Assembly (NCBI GenBank): GCA_965248515.1
Contig: CBDFJU010000003.1
Coordinates: forward strand, 975,254 to 1,039,253
Length of the DNA: 64,000 bases
Source of the DNA: Dehalococcoidia bacterium
Lineage (GTDB): Bacteria; Chloroflexota; Dehalococcoidia; SHYB01
Reading direction: 5' to 3'
In this document: piece after piece, positions 9,258 to 18,433 of the stretch
How positions within the stretch are numbered: position 1 is the stretch's first letter
Layout: the number at the start of each line of letters is the position of its first letter
Notes under the pieces: generated by a model
Told to the model about the DNA's origin: nothing
Seen by the model: the letters and a program-made list of their open reading frames with translations, nothing else
Database searches by the model: none
Position numbers and translations under genes: made by a program

Positions 9258-9425
9258 GGAGGAGCCCCGCCGGTGGTTGACGAGGCCCCCTTTTTGGTGC
9301 CGCACTGTTAGGCAACTACTTTTTCTTGCCAGCGTTATCCGCAGCCTTGCTCTTGTCGTTGTACGCCTTCTGCAGACCCGGCGCATTATCTAAGCCTTCG
9401 CCAGGAACGCCACTATCTTTCAGGA
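9258..9425 (-). repeat. ~160 bp direct repeat, copy 2: shared 3' coding tail plus 3'UTR of secreted-protein gene B.
   Basis: See copy 1 at 7775-7935. Confidence 0.7.
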
Positions 9426-10050
9426 TTTCGGCCTTGCCCGCTTCTGGGTCCACAAAAGTTCTGAAATCGAGGTCATAACCGCCATTGAACCAGCTAGGAG
9501 ACTCAAACCTTGTGTAGCCATCGCCAGCCCCGTAGGGGTTGCCAATACCAGCTCCTAATGCGTAGAACCCACCTGCAACGGGTTGCCGCAGCACGATTGC
9601 CAACACTTGTCCGGCGCTAACGCTGACCCCAAAGCCACTTACATCAATACTGAGGAACGGCGGCGGGCTGCCAGAGACGTTGACGGACACGTCCGCAGCC
9701 GGGACCGTGACGCTCGCCAACGTATCCGAATCGTCCTCGATGGGAGCCCCCCCGGTTGTGCGGCGAACATCGACCAGCAATGGTGCTCCGCCGATCCTCC
9801 CGGCCCTCACCTGGACCTCCGTCAGAAGTCCATCCAGTCCGACTGTGAACGTCTGGGCTGCATCTGCTCCTCCCCCAACGATAGGTCCAATAGTACCGCT
9901 ATCGAACTCCTGGTCGAGCTGAGACGCTGCGTGCACAACTCCGGTGCTCCAGCTCTGAGTGAGGAGAGCCCCTGCCAGCAGCAGTGCCAGCAGAATCCCC
10001 ATTGCCCTCTTCGACCTTGTGATCGCGGTTGTCACGATTCCCTCCACCAC
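9316..10050 (-). CDS. Secreted hypothetical protein (gene B). Shares its C-terminal tail with gene A.
   Basis: Sec-type signal (RSKRA n-region, ILLALLLAGALL h-region, VHA|AS). Gly/Ser/Val-rich. Ends ...PGLQKAYNDKSKAADNAGKKK. Confidence 0.6.
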   Translation of the reverse strand: MVEGIVTTAITRSKRAMGILLALLLAGALLTQSWSTGVVHAASQLDQEFDSGTIGPIVGGGADAAQTFTVGLDGLLTEVQVRAGRIGGAPLLVDVRRTTGGAPIEDDSDTLASVTVPAADVSVNVSGSPPPFLSIDVSGFGVSVSAGQVLAIVLRQPVAGGFYALGAGIGNPYGAGDGYTRFESPSWFNGGYDLDFRTFVDPEAGKAEILKDSGVPGEGLDNAPGLQKAYNDKSKAADNAGKKK

Positions 10051-10110
10051 TCCAGAATTGCTTCCATCCCCGTGTCAGCGAGTGCGAATCTGGGCAAGGT
10101 ATACCACGGA

Positions 10111-10370
10111 TGCCATGGCGACGCATCACCCGAAAGGGTGAGCTCGGACGATTGGCGCGGTAGCGCCGCCTGGCAAGGCCGCCATCGGCCTCGACGTCCT
10201 CGCGCCGCTCCCCAGTCCGCCACTAGCCGCCTTCGACGCGCCGCCCTCGCCCCTGGCCTCGTCGCCTGGGCGTGGGAGGGCTGGCAGTCGTTGGAGGACC
10301 CTGGCGACCATTGGACCTGGTGACTTCGCCCTCGTTGACGCCTAGGGCTATCCTGGCCACATGAGGTGAG
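10111..10370. repeat. Conserved non-coding element R2, between divergent genes B (-) and C (+).
   Basis: Aligns with R1 and R3. Ends ...ttgacgcctagggctatcctggccacatgaggtg about 20 nt before the gene C ATG. Confidence 0.6.
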
Positions 10371-10388
10371 ACTGAAGGCCCTGCACAC

Positions 10389-11477
10389 ATGGCTTGGTAC
10401 GACGAAGTAAATGCTACCTGGAAGCAGGTCGGCCTCGAAGTAGGAGCTGAGTTCCAGTTCCAGAGAAGCCATGGAGTTCCGAGTATCCGGAGGAAGGGGA
10501 AACGCGCACATATTTACGAGGGGAAGCTAGTCCGAAGAACAGAGGAGTGGACCCTCACGCTGGAATACAAAGCGGTGGCGGAAATCGAATACGACGACTT
10601 CAACGAGTTCCACACCACGACCACGATGAAAGCTGGTGCGAACACGGAGAACGCTCACACCTGGATCGGCAGTCGTGGCGAACGAGTGTTTCTGAAGGAA
10701 GTGTCGAAGGAAGAAGCCCCGAGGCTCTTGCGGGCATTGATGGGACCCAATTGGATGCTCCCGATCAAGGATCATGACGAGTTGGTGGCCTTGTTCAGAA
10801 GTTCTGAAGATACTCTGGCGGAGCTAGAAAACCGAGAAGAATCGTCAGGCCCCGAAACGGAACGGGCCGAACGTCGGAGAGAACTGCTCGATGACACTAG
10901 ACGGCTGTTGAGCGCTAGGGTCGTTAAACATGAAAAGGAAGCAGCTGATGAGGACCAGCGGCTGCGCGACTGGCATATGGTGCGCAAAGGGAAACTTCTC
11001 GATGAAGCCCGGAGGCTGTGCGTTAGGTTTGCCGGCTTCGGGATGGATGCCCGAGTCTTGGAGCGAGCTCCCGCTCCGGACGACAAAGATTCGGTGTATG
11101 GGTGGATCGAGATACCCGAAGGCCCGATACGGTGGGTATTGGTGAACGACGAGCCTCAAGAGTTCTTGACTTGCTGGATGGTGCCCGATCCGCGAATCAA
11201 ACTCGACTCTCCGTTCATTCTGGTCAATTCAAGCCCTGTGAAGTCGCGTCGCTTTTTGGGGCGCGTGACAGGAATCAGGTGGACCAGTTCCGATGCCGCG
11301 CTTGAGCCGACGGGGTTCAGCCAGCGCGTCGCAGCCACACTCGATGACGCTACGGCTGCTACTCAGCGTGAAGTGTCAAGTAAAGCCGTCGGTTCATGGG
11401 CTGAGACAGACCCGGCCCGTGGATGTTGGGCGATCCTAAATGACAAGGGCACGACGAAGTGGACAGGCGCTCTTTGA
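10389..11477 (+). CDS. Hypothetical protein (gene C). Its C-terminal region shares a GPIRWV...PDP domain with the 11558 gene.
   Basis: Long ORF with conserved R2 upstream. No recognisable motifs except similarity to the neighbouring paralog. Confidence 0.55.
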   Translation: MAWYDEVNATWKQVGLEVGAEFQFQRSHGVPSIRRKGKRAHIYEGKLVRRTEEWTLTLEYKAVAEIEYDDFNEFHTTTTMKAGANTENAHTWIGSRGERVFLKEVSKEEAPRLLRALMGPNWMLPIKDHDELVALFRSSEDTLAELENREESSGPETERAERRRELLDDTRRLLSARVVKHEKEAADEDQRLRDWHMVRKGKLLDEARRLCVRFAGFGMDARVLERAPAPDDKDSVYGWIEIPEGPIRWVLVNDEPQEFLTCWMVPDPRIKLDSPFILVNSSPVKSRRFLGRVTGIRWTSSDAALEPTGFSQRVAATLDDATAATQREVSSKAVGSWAETDPARGCWAILNDKGTTKWTGAL

Positions 11478-11557
11478 CAGTACTATCAGGCAATTGCCGA
11501 CGCCTTGCTGGCGATGCCCATGCCCGGTAAGGAGTAGTCGGCGGACCGAAGGGAGAT

Positions 11558-12220
11558 ATGGTCTTGTTTGGCAGGCTCAAAGAGAAGTTGCGAAATCACG
11601 CCAGGGATGAAGTATGTGCAGCTCTCGAAGCTGTAGGTGTCCAGGCGAGGATGGCTCCCCGCGGCCATTCCGAAGAAGAAATCACGCGGGGTCATGGAAA
11701 ATCCTTCGGTGTCATCGATGTAGCTGCAGGACCCATCCGCTGGGTCGGTGTCAAGAGTCAACGTGAGGACAGTGGTGATTACGACATCCCTGATCCCATG
11801 GTCTGGTACACGGAGTATGGTGTTCCAGATTCCAGGCTTGGTCCTAGCTTTCCAGAGGTACGCATTGCATCACAGAAAACTTTTAGCGTTTTTCCTTGGG
11901 GAAAGTGGAAACATTTCGTGCCGCACCCAGGAAAAGACGTTGACGAGATGTTCACAGGCTATGACTTTGGTCTAGGGGTAATTGGTCGTCTGTCCATCGA
12001 TGTGTCGCTGCGTGAACCCATCAGGGAATCCCGTCGGATAGAAATAGAGGCGTACCCGAAACATCACTGTTGGGTAATATCAAGTCGCTACGTGAATGAC
12101 GGTTTCGACATGCCTCGGATGTGGAAGGGTCGGACAGTTGCGCCCTCACCTCAACAATGGGATGCCTACCAGGCGATAGCCCGCCATCTGCTCGAAACTC
12201 CGGTTCCACTTAATACATAG
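11558..12220 (+). CDS. Hypothetical protein, paralogous domain to gene C.
   Basis: GVIDVAAGPIRWVGV...DIPDP vs gene C WIEIPEGPIRWVLV...MVPDP. Confidence 0.5.
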   Translation: MVLFGRLKEKLRNHARDEVCAALEAVGVQARMAPRGHSEEEITRGHGKSFGVIDVAAGPIRWVGVKSQREDSGDYDIPDPMVWYTEYGVPDSRLGPSFPEVRIASQKTFSVFPWGKWKHFVPHPGKDVDEMFTGYDFGLGVIGRLSIDVSLREPIRESRRIEIEAYPKHHCWVISSRYVNDGFDMPRMWKGRTVAPSPQQWDAYQAIARHLLETPVPLNT

Positions 12221-12329
12221 GGGGCTGTGCCTATCTTCGCTAACCCGGGTGGCGGAGCCCCACTAAAAAGCTGAAGGCCACATAAGTTCGTATCTTCCCC
12301 CTTGCCCGGGGAGACGTAGCAGTTCGGCG

Positions 12330-12532
12330 GTAATGATACGCGGCTCGCCCCACCCTCGAAGTCGCCGCTGACCCTTGCGACGTCCTTGCTCAGCTCCGCC
12401 GTGTTCGTGACCGAGCCCTTGGCCTCGCCGCCTAGGCGCGGGAGCACTTACAGTGGTTGAAGGACCGGCGGCGTTCATTGGACCTGACCGCTCCATACGT
12501 TGACGCCGTGGCTATCCTTGCCACATAAGGTG
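12330..12532. repeat. Conserved non-coding element R3, upstream of the 12561 gene.
   Basis: Core ...ggcgcgggagcacttacagtggttgaaggaccggcggcgttcattggacctga...ttgacgccgtggctatccttgccacataaggtg aligns with R1 and R2. Confidence 0.6.
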
Positions 12533-12560
12533 CTTTTCGCCGATGCAGGTTGCTCGTTAG

Positions 12561-13223
12561 ATGTCTAGCTCCCGCGACTCAAAAGCCGATCGTGCTTCAG
12601 CAGATAAGGCGTTGGAAGGGGCGCAGCTGCTTGCTGCGGGCGACTATCAGGGAGCTATCGCCGCTTGTAACGAGGCCATCAAGTTATACCCAGGAAGCGT
12701 AGGCGCGCACCGTACCCTGGTAGAAGCATACCGGCGTCTGGGCGAGAACATCCCAACACACGCGGCCGGTGATGCTTTCGAGGAAAGACCAGCAGATTTG
12801 TCGCCTTTTCTTTCATCCGACGTGGGGGGAGGCATCTTCGTTGGGCTATTGATCATAGTTATCGGGGTTGTTGCGGCGCTGGTGAGTGGTTCGGGATGGC
12901 TCTTGTTACTAGTTGGAGGGTTCGGGGCGTTTGTTCTGCTATGGAGTATCTGGGACGGAATCAGAATGAAACAAGACATATCCTCCGGTTCGGTTGAGCT
13001 GCATGGAACGCTTAGCCGCTGTGGCGTCCTTGCCGGCAGCCGCCGTGGACCTGGCCGAACCGACGGCCTCAGCGTCGCCTCTCGACGCGCCTCGCAGACA
13101 CCACCGGAGCGGCAATCTTCATCAGCCCTGGAGTACTTGCCAATGTCGGAATCGCCGATGACAATTGCGCCTCGGGAACAGGAGCATGGCCGCGACTGCG
13201 CTGAACCTTCTTCCGCCGGGTGA
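12561..13223 (+). CDS. TPR-like N-terminal domain protein with two transmembrane helices.
   Basis: AIAACNEAIKLYPGSVGAHRTLVEAYRRLGE (TPR-like), then GGIFVGLLIIVIGVVAALV and WLLLLVGGFGAFVLLWSIW hydrophobic helices. Confidence 0.5.
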   Translation: MSSSRDSKADRASADKALEGAQLLAAGDYQGAIAACNEAIKLYPGSVGAHRTLVEAYRRLGENIPTHAAGDAFEERPADLSPFLSSDVGGGIFVGLLIIVIGVVAALVSGSGWLLLLVGGFGAFVLLWSIWDGIRMKQDISSGSVELHGTLSRCGVLAGSRRGPGRTDGLSVASRRASQTPPERQSSSALEYLPMSESPMTIAPREQEHGRDCAEPSSAG

Positions 13224-13233
13224 GCATTTGGTG

Positions 13234-13788
13234 ATGAGCTCTTCACTTGAAATCCCAGGACCACCGAAAATCTTGTTCCTCGACAGCACTGATGCCGGCG
13301 ACGGCCAGGCAAGTGATCTAGCGCAACGCATCAGCTCGGCCATCAGGCGTCAGGGAGTTGACCTGTCCGGGCCCTTCTCCGCTACCGACCCCCAGGCGAC
13401 CACTGACCTTCTCAGCAGGCATGCAGACGCCAATTGTCTCTTCTTCTTGGCGGGAGGGCCCGAAGACCTATCGAGCATCTCTCGGACGATGTCTTCTGCG
13501 GACCGATCTGGCAGCGATGCCGCACCCGCGCCTAGATTAATCGCCATCTATACGTCCCAGAACCCAGAAGTTCCTGAGAGAGAACGCGTAGTGGGTCCAC
13601 ATGCTCCGGGCACCATAGTAGTGATCTCGAAGCCTGTCATGTCCTCGAAGGAGGCGACGCTTTTCTTCGCCGAGTTCTTCGGAGAGTTGCATACTCATTG
13701 TCCGGATGCCATCAGCGTGGCCATGGTGCGGTTTTGCTTCGTGAAGGCGAGCCGACTCGCGCCGAAGAAGGCCGCCGTATGGACGTGA
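13234..13788 (+). CDS. Hypothetical protein.
   Basis: ATG just after the upstream stop. KILFLDSTDAGDG...LFFLAGGPEDL. No assignable family. Confidence 0.4.
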   Translation: MSSSLEIPGPPKILFLDSTDAGDGQASDLAQRISSAIRRQGVDLSGPFSATDPQATTDLLSRHADANCLFFLAGGPEDLSSISRTMSSADRSGSDAAPAPRLIAIYTSQNPEVPERERVVGPHAPGTIVVISKPVMSSKEATLFFAEFFGELHTHCPDAISVAMVRFCFVKASRLAPKKAAVWT

Positions 13789-13874
13789 GAACCAACTAAA
13801 GACCATTCTCAACCCTGCGGCGGGTTTGGGCACGCAGGGCTTCTGTCGCCGGCATTCCACGCCTCCCAGACGTC

Positions 13875-14013
13875 CCACGCCGTCGTTTCGCGGGGGTCGC
13901 GGGGGTCTAACCCGCCCCTCCATCGACGACGAAAATGTTCATCGCTCTCCTCTTATGTAGTACTGGCAGAGTTTCGGAATTTCGAGGGAGCTGGAATAAC
14001 CCCCGCGACCCCC
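13875..14013. repeat. 18 bp perfect inverted repeat (cgcgggggtcgcgggggt / acccccgcgacccccgcg) enclosing a ~100 bp AT-richer spacer, immediately 3' of the primase-like gene.
   Basis: Read directly from the sequence at 13875-13892 and 13996-14013. Spacer is tgttcatcgctctcctcttatgtagtactggcagagtttcggaatttcgag. Confidence 0.55.
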
Positions 14014-14018
14014 GCGAG

Positions 14019-15545
14019 CTATCCATCTCCAACACCTTTGGTCTCTGGCGGGGGTTCCCGGCGCTCCAACTTCCACGTGGCGACACCCGCGTGGGCGTCC
14101 TCTCCAGCCCTATGGATGCGGTAGGGGTCGATCACACGGCCCTTCATCCTGCCCAGCGCCTGACCGAAACGAGTTCGAGCAGCAAGGTCGTCACGTCCTT
14201 GCCAGAGCTCGAGGAGCAGTTCCCGACGGGTGACGATGCCGAACAAGTCTCTCGCGGGGATCTCGGTATCGCCGAACTCTTCCCACCACGCCGTGCAGAA
14301 CTCGCGCCACGGCTCGATCTCGGCTTCGGCGGCCTCGTAGACCCGATCCACGTTGCCGAGGAAGCCGCCGACTCCGACCACTTCGAGGATGCCGCCCATG
14401 ACCCTGGCCCACTTCTCGAAGCTTCCCAGGGACCGTCGGCCCGCTGGCTGGCCCGCTGCGAACCAGGCTCTGATCAGAGTAAGCGCCGCCCAGATCAAAT
14501 CGCCGCGGTGATCCAGGGCCCAAGCGCGAAGGTCCGGGTGCTTGAAGTCCTCCCGCTCCCACGGCTTTTCCATCGAGGGGTCTAGGCGAATCGCGATTGT
14601 GCGCCGGGCAACCTCTACCGATAGAGAAGGGTTGTTGGCCGTGGCGATCCATATCGCGCCGTTGGGTAGCGTGACGGTACGGCTGGCCCCAAGAAGCCGA
14701 TCCTCCCAGAGGGAGGCGGTCAACGCAGCAGAGAGAGCACCTGAGTCCAGGCCCCGCCGGACATTGTCGATCAGGATGAACTGAGGACCCTGCAGCAGTT
14801 TGGACGTGATCCTCTTTCGTGTCTCGTCCTCATCCCGGGCTTCAGTCATGACGGGGAGATTGCCACCTGTCGCCGGGATCGTCAGCACGTCGGCCAGTAG
14901 TCCTTTCCCACTCCCGGGAGTGGCCGACTCGATGAGGTGCAAAGGGACGAGGTCTATCAACGTCCTCACAAAGGGCAAGAGGAGCAAGGAAACAGCGTGG
15001 GCCCGGTCAGCGTCGCTGGCGAAGGGGAAGTCGCCCAAGAGGTCATCCATGATGAGCCGGAGCGCCGCAGCGATGTCGTCTTGGTCTGGCTCGTCGGGGA
15101 CGTCGGGGACCTGCACCCAGGTGAGCGGGTCGAGATAAAAACTCGTGCCAGGGTCGTAGCCGGGCCGGAGCGTGAGGTCGCCGTTGGGAGCGAATACTGG
15201 AGCCCCGCTGACGCCTCGGAGCCGCGGCACCGGTTTGACCTTTCTCACAAGCATGTCGTCGAGCACGTCGTTCGGGGGTCGAGCCGGCACCAGGCCTCCT
15301 TGTCGGGTCCACTTCATGAAGTCGGCAATCTTGTCGAGGTGGCTCTTCAGGATGACCTTCTTGACCTCTCGCATTCTGGTGTGGTCTCCATCACCGGCGC
15401 GTGTCAGGTCGACCAATAGCTCCCCGTGTCGGAAGAGCGTCGGCGGATCGTTGGTCTCTTGAACTGTAAGCCAGGTAACGGAAGCGAGGTCGCGCAGGAA
15501 CTCGCCGGTAATCTCGATCTGCCTTCGAGGCGGAGGGGTCGTCAT
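14019..15545 (-). CDS. P-loop NTPase of the phage/plasmid primase C-terminal (P4/D5/VirE-like, SF3 helicase-type) family.
   Basis: Walker A ESATPGSGKG, Walker B-like FILIDNV, N-terminal ~180 aa non-P-loop domain. RBS GAGGAGGACC. Confidence 0.6.
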   Translation of the reverse strand: MTTPPPRRQIEITGEFLRDLASVTWLTVQETNDPPTLFRHGELLVDLTRAGDGDHTRMREVKKVILKSHLDKIADFMKWTRQGGLVPARPPNDVLDDMLVRKVKPVPRLRGVSGAPVFAPNGDLTLRPGYDPGTSFYLDPLTWVQVPDVPDEPDQDDIAAALRLIMDDLLGDFPFASDADRAHAVSLLLLPFVRTLIDLVPLHLIESATPGSGKGLLADVLTIPATGGNLPVMTEARDEDETRKRITSKLLQGPQFILIDNVRRGLDSGALSAALTASLWEDRLLGASRTVTLPNGAIWIATANNPSLSVEVARRTIAIRLDPSMEKPWEREDFKHPDLRAWALDHRGDLIWAALTLIRAWFAAGQPAGRRSLGSFEKWARVMGGILEVVGVGGFLGNVDRVYEAAEAEIEPWREFCTAWWEEFGDTEIPARDLFGIVTRRELLLELWQGRDDLAARTRFGQALGRMKGRVIDPYRIHRAGEDAHAGVATWKLERREPPPETKGVGDG

Positions 15546-15560
15546 CGCTGGTCCTCCTCG

Positions 15561-15863
15561 TCATGGTTGATGGGTTCGCCTTCTCTTGGCTTGCCGTTGC
15601 CGGATGTCGGATTCCTCTTCGTGCTCCCGTCGGCTGGCCGCCTTCAGGGCCAGATTGACGGCCCTGCGAAGGCGCCCAATAGGGTCCTCGACCTCGATAT
15701 GCTCCAGCGAGACCTCCGGCTGCTTGTCTTGCCCATCACGACGGGGCTTCGAATCGTGGTCCATACACGAATTTTCGCAGAAGCGATGTTTGTACAAATC
15801 CCACGTCTGAACCTGTTGGGACTCCGAATGTCGAGACTCGCGCGGTTTCCTCGCAGTCGCCAT
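15561..15863 (-). CDS. Small basic hypothetical protein, co-oriented and 13 nt upstream of the primase-like gene.
   Basis: 100 aa, Arg/Lys/Glu-rich. Operon-like spacing. Confidence 0.35.
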   Translation of the reverse strand: MATARKPRESRHSESQQVQTWDLYKHRFCENSCMDHDSKPRRDGQDKQPEVSLEHIEVEDPIGRLRRAVNLALKAASRREHEEESDIRQRQAKRRRTHQP

Positions 15864-15935
15864 CAGCCCCTGTTAGAATCCGACGCATCCGGGCTAAGGC
15901 GTTTGCACAACCCGGTGTCAAGGGAGCTTGGGAAA

Positions 15936-16865
15936 ATGGGAAGCCGTCAGTCGATTACGCCGCAACAGCGCCTAGAGGTTGAGGAGTCGCTTCGGTTTGC
16001 CGGGTCCGTCAAAGCCGTGGCACGCAAGACTGGCCTGAGCTTGTCGTCGGTCTACAACATCAGGAGGACGATGAGGAGCGAGTCCAGCCCGGCCTTCGAA
16101 GAACACCGCCAAGGGATCGAAGCAAGAGCTCTGTCGGTGACAGAATCGCTGGCCTCATTCCCGCCCACTCCAGGAAGACTGTTATCCACTGACCGCTGGG
16201 GGAATACACATCGGTGGAAGGCCCAGGCGGCGATCAGCACTGTCCAAGGCGACGCCGATGGCTTCACGGCGTTGGTTCAGCATCTCCGGCCCCTTAAGTT
16301 CGAGTCTTCCTGGGATTCGTTCTGTCGAGGGTTGAAGGATTACCAGGAAGAGGCAGGAGAGCTAGAAGCCGGGGTCCAGGAAAAGGTAAACGGACTCGGT
16401 ATCGAAAGCCTGAGCCAAGGGGCCGTGGTCGGCCTGTTCCGTATCGCAGCGGACCAAGCCTGTTTCGACTCCGAGAGCTACGGTGGCGACACAGACGACG
16501 CGATGGGGGAGTTCCCTTACTTCTGGGAGAGGCCAAGGGCCGTCAGCGAGGACGGTGCCACAATCATCTACCAGATAGGTCGGCTAAAGGGCGCACAACC
16601 CGTGGAAAGGCCAACTTCAGCTTTCACGTTGTGGATTGGCGAGCATCAAGCAGGTCGAGCCCATGGAGACCAACAGGCCAGGGAAGCCGTCAAGAAGCTG
16701 GGCGACGCGGCTGAGGCGCTGATCGCCGACAACACTGGCGATGAGGTCGCTGACAGATACTTCGATCTGTTGAAGGGACGTGACCGGCTTAGCCAACTGT
16801 TGGGGCCATTCAAGGTCAAGAAGTGGGCCGCCGATGGCCGTTGCGAGTTGTGTCCGAGCAGCTGA
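15936..16865 (+). CDS. HTH-domain protein (resolvase-type HTH_7/HTH_23 N-terminus) with a C-terminal domain of unknown function.
   Basis: ITPQQRLEVEESLRFAGSVKAVARKTGLSLSSVYNIRR. Divergent from the primase operon. Confidence 0.5.
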   Translation: MGSRQSITPQQRLEVEESLRFAGSVKAVARKTGLSLSSVYNIRRTMRSESSPAFEEHRQGIEARALSVTESLASFPPTPGRLLSTDRWGNTHRWKAQAAISTVQGDADGFTALVQHLRPLKFESSWDSFCRGLKDYQEEAGELEAGVQEKVNGLGIESLSQGAVVGLFRIAADQACFDSESYGGDTDDAMGEFPYFWERPRAVSEDGATIIYQIGRLKGAQPVERPTSAFTLWIGEHQAGRAHGDQQAREAVKKLGDAAEALIADNTGDEVADRYFDLLKGRDRLSQLLGPFKVKKWAADGRCELCPSS

Positions 16866-16986
16866 TGAAGGCCCCTTGCTTCACCAGTCTTGTCCTAGGA
16901 TGCTGCTGACAGCTTCAGTTGCAATCTGGTGGAATACCCTTTAGTATCCTCATTGGGATCATTGAATACATTGAGCCAACCCCTGC

Positions 16987-17844
16987 GTGAGTCTGATGCC
17001 GAAATCTTTGACGGCGGTCACTTTTGACGATTTCGTGACCAACGTCGATGGCACCAATGGCCACCGGCGCTTCGACCTATCGGACTACGAGTTCGTCACC
17101 CCAGGCGGGATGGTACTGCCCGCCTTAGCCATTCGCCAAGCTTGCTCGTCCGGCACCACTCCCGTGCTCACTGTCCCAAACGCCAACATGCGGTCGTACC
17201 TCGCCCGAGCCGGATTTCTTAAGCACCTAAGCGATAGAGCCCAGATTGAACCGCCGCACACATCGAGTGAGGACCTTCCCTTTGATGTTCGCCGGGGCCA
17301 GAACCCGCTCTTACTCGAGATCACAGTGCAAACCGAGGCCGGCGACCTTCCTGAAATAATTGACAGAGTGATATGGGTTCTTCGTCGACGCATGAGCTAT
17401 CGAAAGTCTGACGCTTTTGACATAGGCATCGTGATCTCGGAGATTTGGCAAAACGCGTTCGACCACACTAATGGTCCGGTCACGACAATCGCGGCGATGC
17501 AAGTCTACGGCTCGCCGGGGAACGGTCGTCTAGAGATGGCGATCGGTGACGATGGGGACGGTGTGTTAAGCAGTCTCAGAAGGAATCCGACTCTGCCCCG
17601 CTTCGCCACCGACACGAAAGCGATTCGAGATGCCATCAAGCTGAACGTGTCAGAGCACGACGATCGGACGCGAGGCCATGGCCTCGCGCTGTTGGTCGAC
17701 AAAGTGTTCTCCCATGACGGTGCGGTTACCATACGCTCCGGGCGTGGGAAAGTGCACATCCGGATGGATAAGGGGCAGGGTTGGGCTTATCAGGTTCCTC
17801 ACCTTAGCGGCACCCAAGTCGTGGTTAATTTACCCACAGAATAG
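16987..17844 (+). CDS. GHKL-superfamily ATPase (HATPase_c, anti-sigma-factor/RsbW-like Ser kinase fold) with an N-terminal ~130 aa sensor-like domain.
   Basis: N-box-like IVISEIWQNAFDHT, G1 AIGDDGDGV, G2 GHGLALLVDKVF. A sigma70-like promoter lies upstream (TTGCAA-17-TAGTAT). Confidence 0.65.
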   Translation: MSLMPKSLTAVTFDDFVTNVDGTNGHRRFDLSDYEFVTPGGMVLPALAIRQACSSGTTPVLTVPNANMRSYLARAGFLKHLSDRAQIEPPHTSSEDLPFDVRRGQNPLLLEITVQTEAGDLPEIIDRVIWVLRRRMSYRKSDAFDIGIVISEIWQNAFDHTNGPVTTIAAMQVYGSPGNGRLEMAIGDDGDGVLSSLRRNPTLPRFATDTKAIRDAIKLNVSEHDDRTRGHGLALLVDKVFSHDGAVTIRSGRGKVHIRMDKGQGWAYQVPHLSGTQVVVNLPTE

Positions 17845-17861
17845 CGTCAAGGAGGAGCAAT

Positions 17862-18410
17862 ATGCCTGTAGCCGTCGGACCGAAGTTCCGACTCGCGGAG
17901 TACGGTCGGCAACTGTGGACCCGAGAGAGGGCCAGAGAGATCCGAGGTGAACTTGAAGCCCTGCTTCAGGCCGTTGAATCCGGAACAGTCGTCGTTTTGG
18001 ATTGCACTGATGTCGAAGTGTTTGACTATTCATTTGCGGCCGAATTGTTCGGTGTGACTCTCTTGAAACTACCCATTGAGTATCCGGACCGTTATCTGAT
18101 AATCGCGGGTCTCACTCCTTATACAAGAGAGAACCTCCATGCAGCGTTGGAAGCGGGAGGGGTGATGGCACTTGAGCGGAAGTCCTCGAAGGTCGAACTC
18201 CTAGGCAAGTTCTCCCCAAGCGACGAGGAGACTCTCGCTACGCTCCGCAAGTCTCGCCAGTCCCTAAGCGCGGCTGACGTGGCAAGGAAACTAAATATCA
18301 AACTGACCGCGTCGAACGAGCGCCTCGTAAAGTTGGCGCGAGCTGGCCTGGTTCGCCGCGAACGAGCCCTGGAAGGCCGAGCTCAGCAGCTCTACGCTGC
18401 AGTCCCCTGA
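17862..18410 (+). CDS. STAS-like (DUF4325-type) domain fused to a C-terminal winged HTH.
   Basis: VVVLDCTDVEVFDYSFAAELFGV (STAS-like) and LSAADVARKLNIKLTASNERLVKLARAGLVRRE (wHTH). RBS AAGGAGGAG. Confidence 0.6.
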   Translation: MPVAVGPKFRLAEYGRQLWTRERAREIRGELEALLQAVESGTVVVLDCTDVEVFDYSFAAELFGVTLLKLPIEYPDRYLIIAGLTPYTRENLHAALEAGGVMALERKSSKVELLGKFSPSDEETLATLRKSRQSLSAADVARKLNIKLTASNERLVKLARAGLVRRERALEGRAQQLYAAVP

Positions 18411-18433
18411 GCATTTCCGAGAGGCAGGCCCCC

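Noticed and set aside
9025-9386. ORFs 9025-9249 (+), 9081-9386 (-) and 7690-7914 (-) with similar translations.
   Set aside because: They are translations of the R1 element and the 160 bp repeat in arbitrary frames. No ORF is conserved across the three R copies.
9583-10323. 246 aa plus-strand ORF.
   Set aside because: Antisense to secreted gene B and runs through R2. Low-complexity Arg/Pro-rich.
12561-13788. Considered calling the TPR-2TM protein plus the following ORF a toxin/immunity or TIR-like pair.
   Set aside because: No catalytic or signature motifs that I can recognise. Left as hypothetical proteins.
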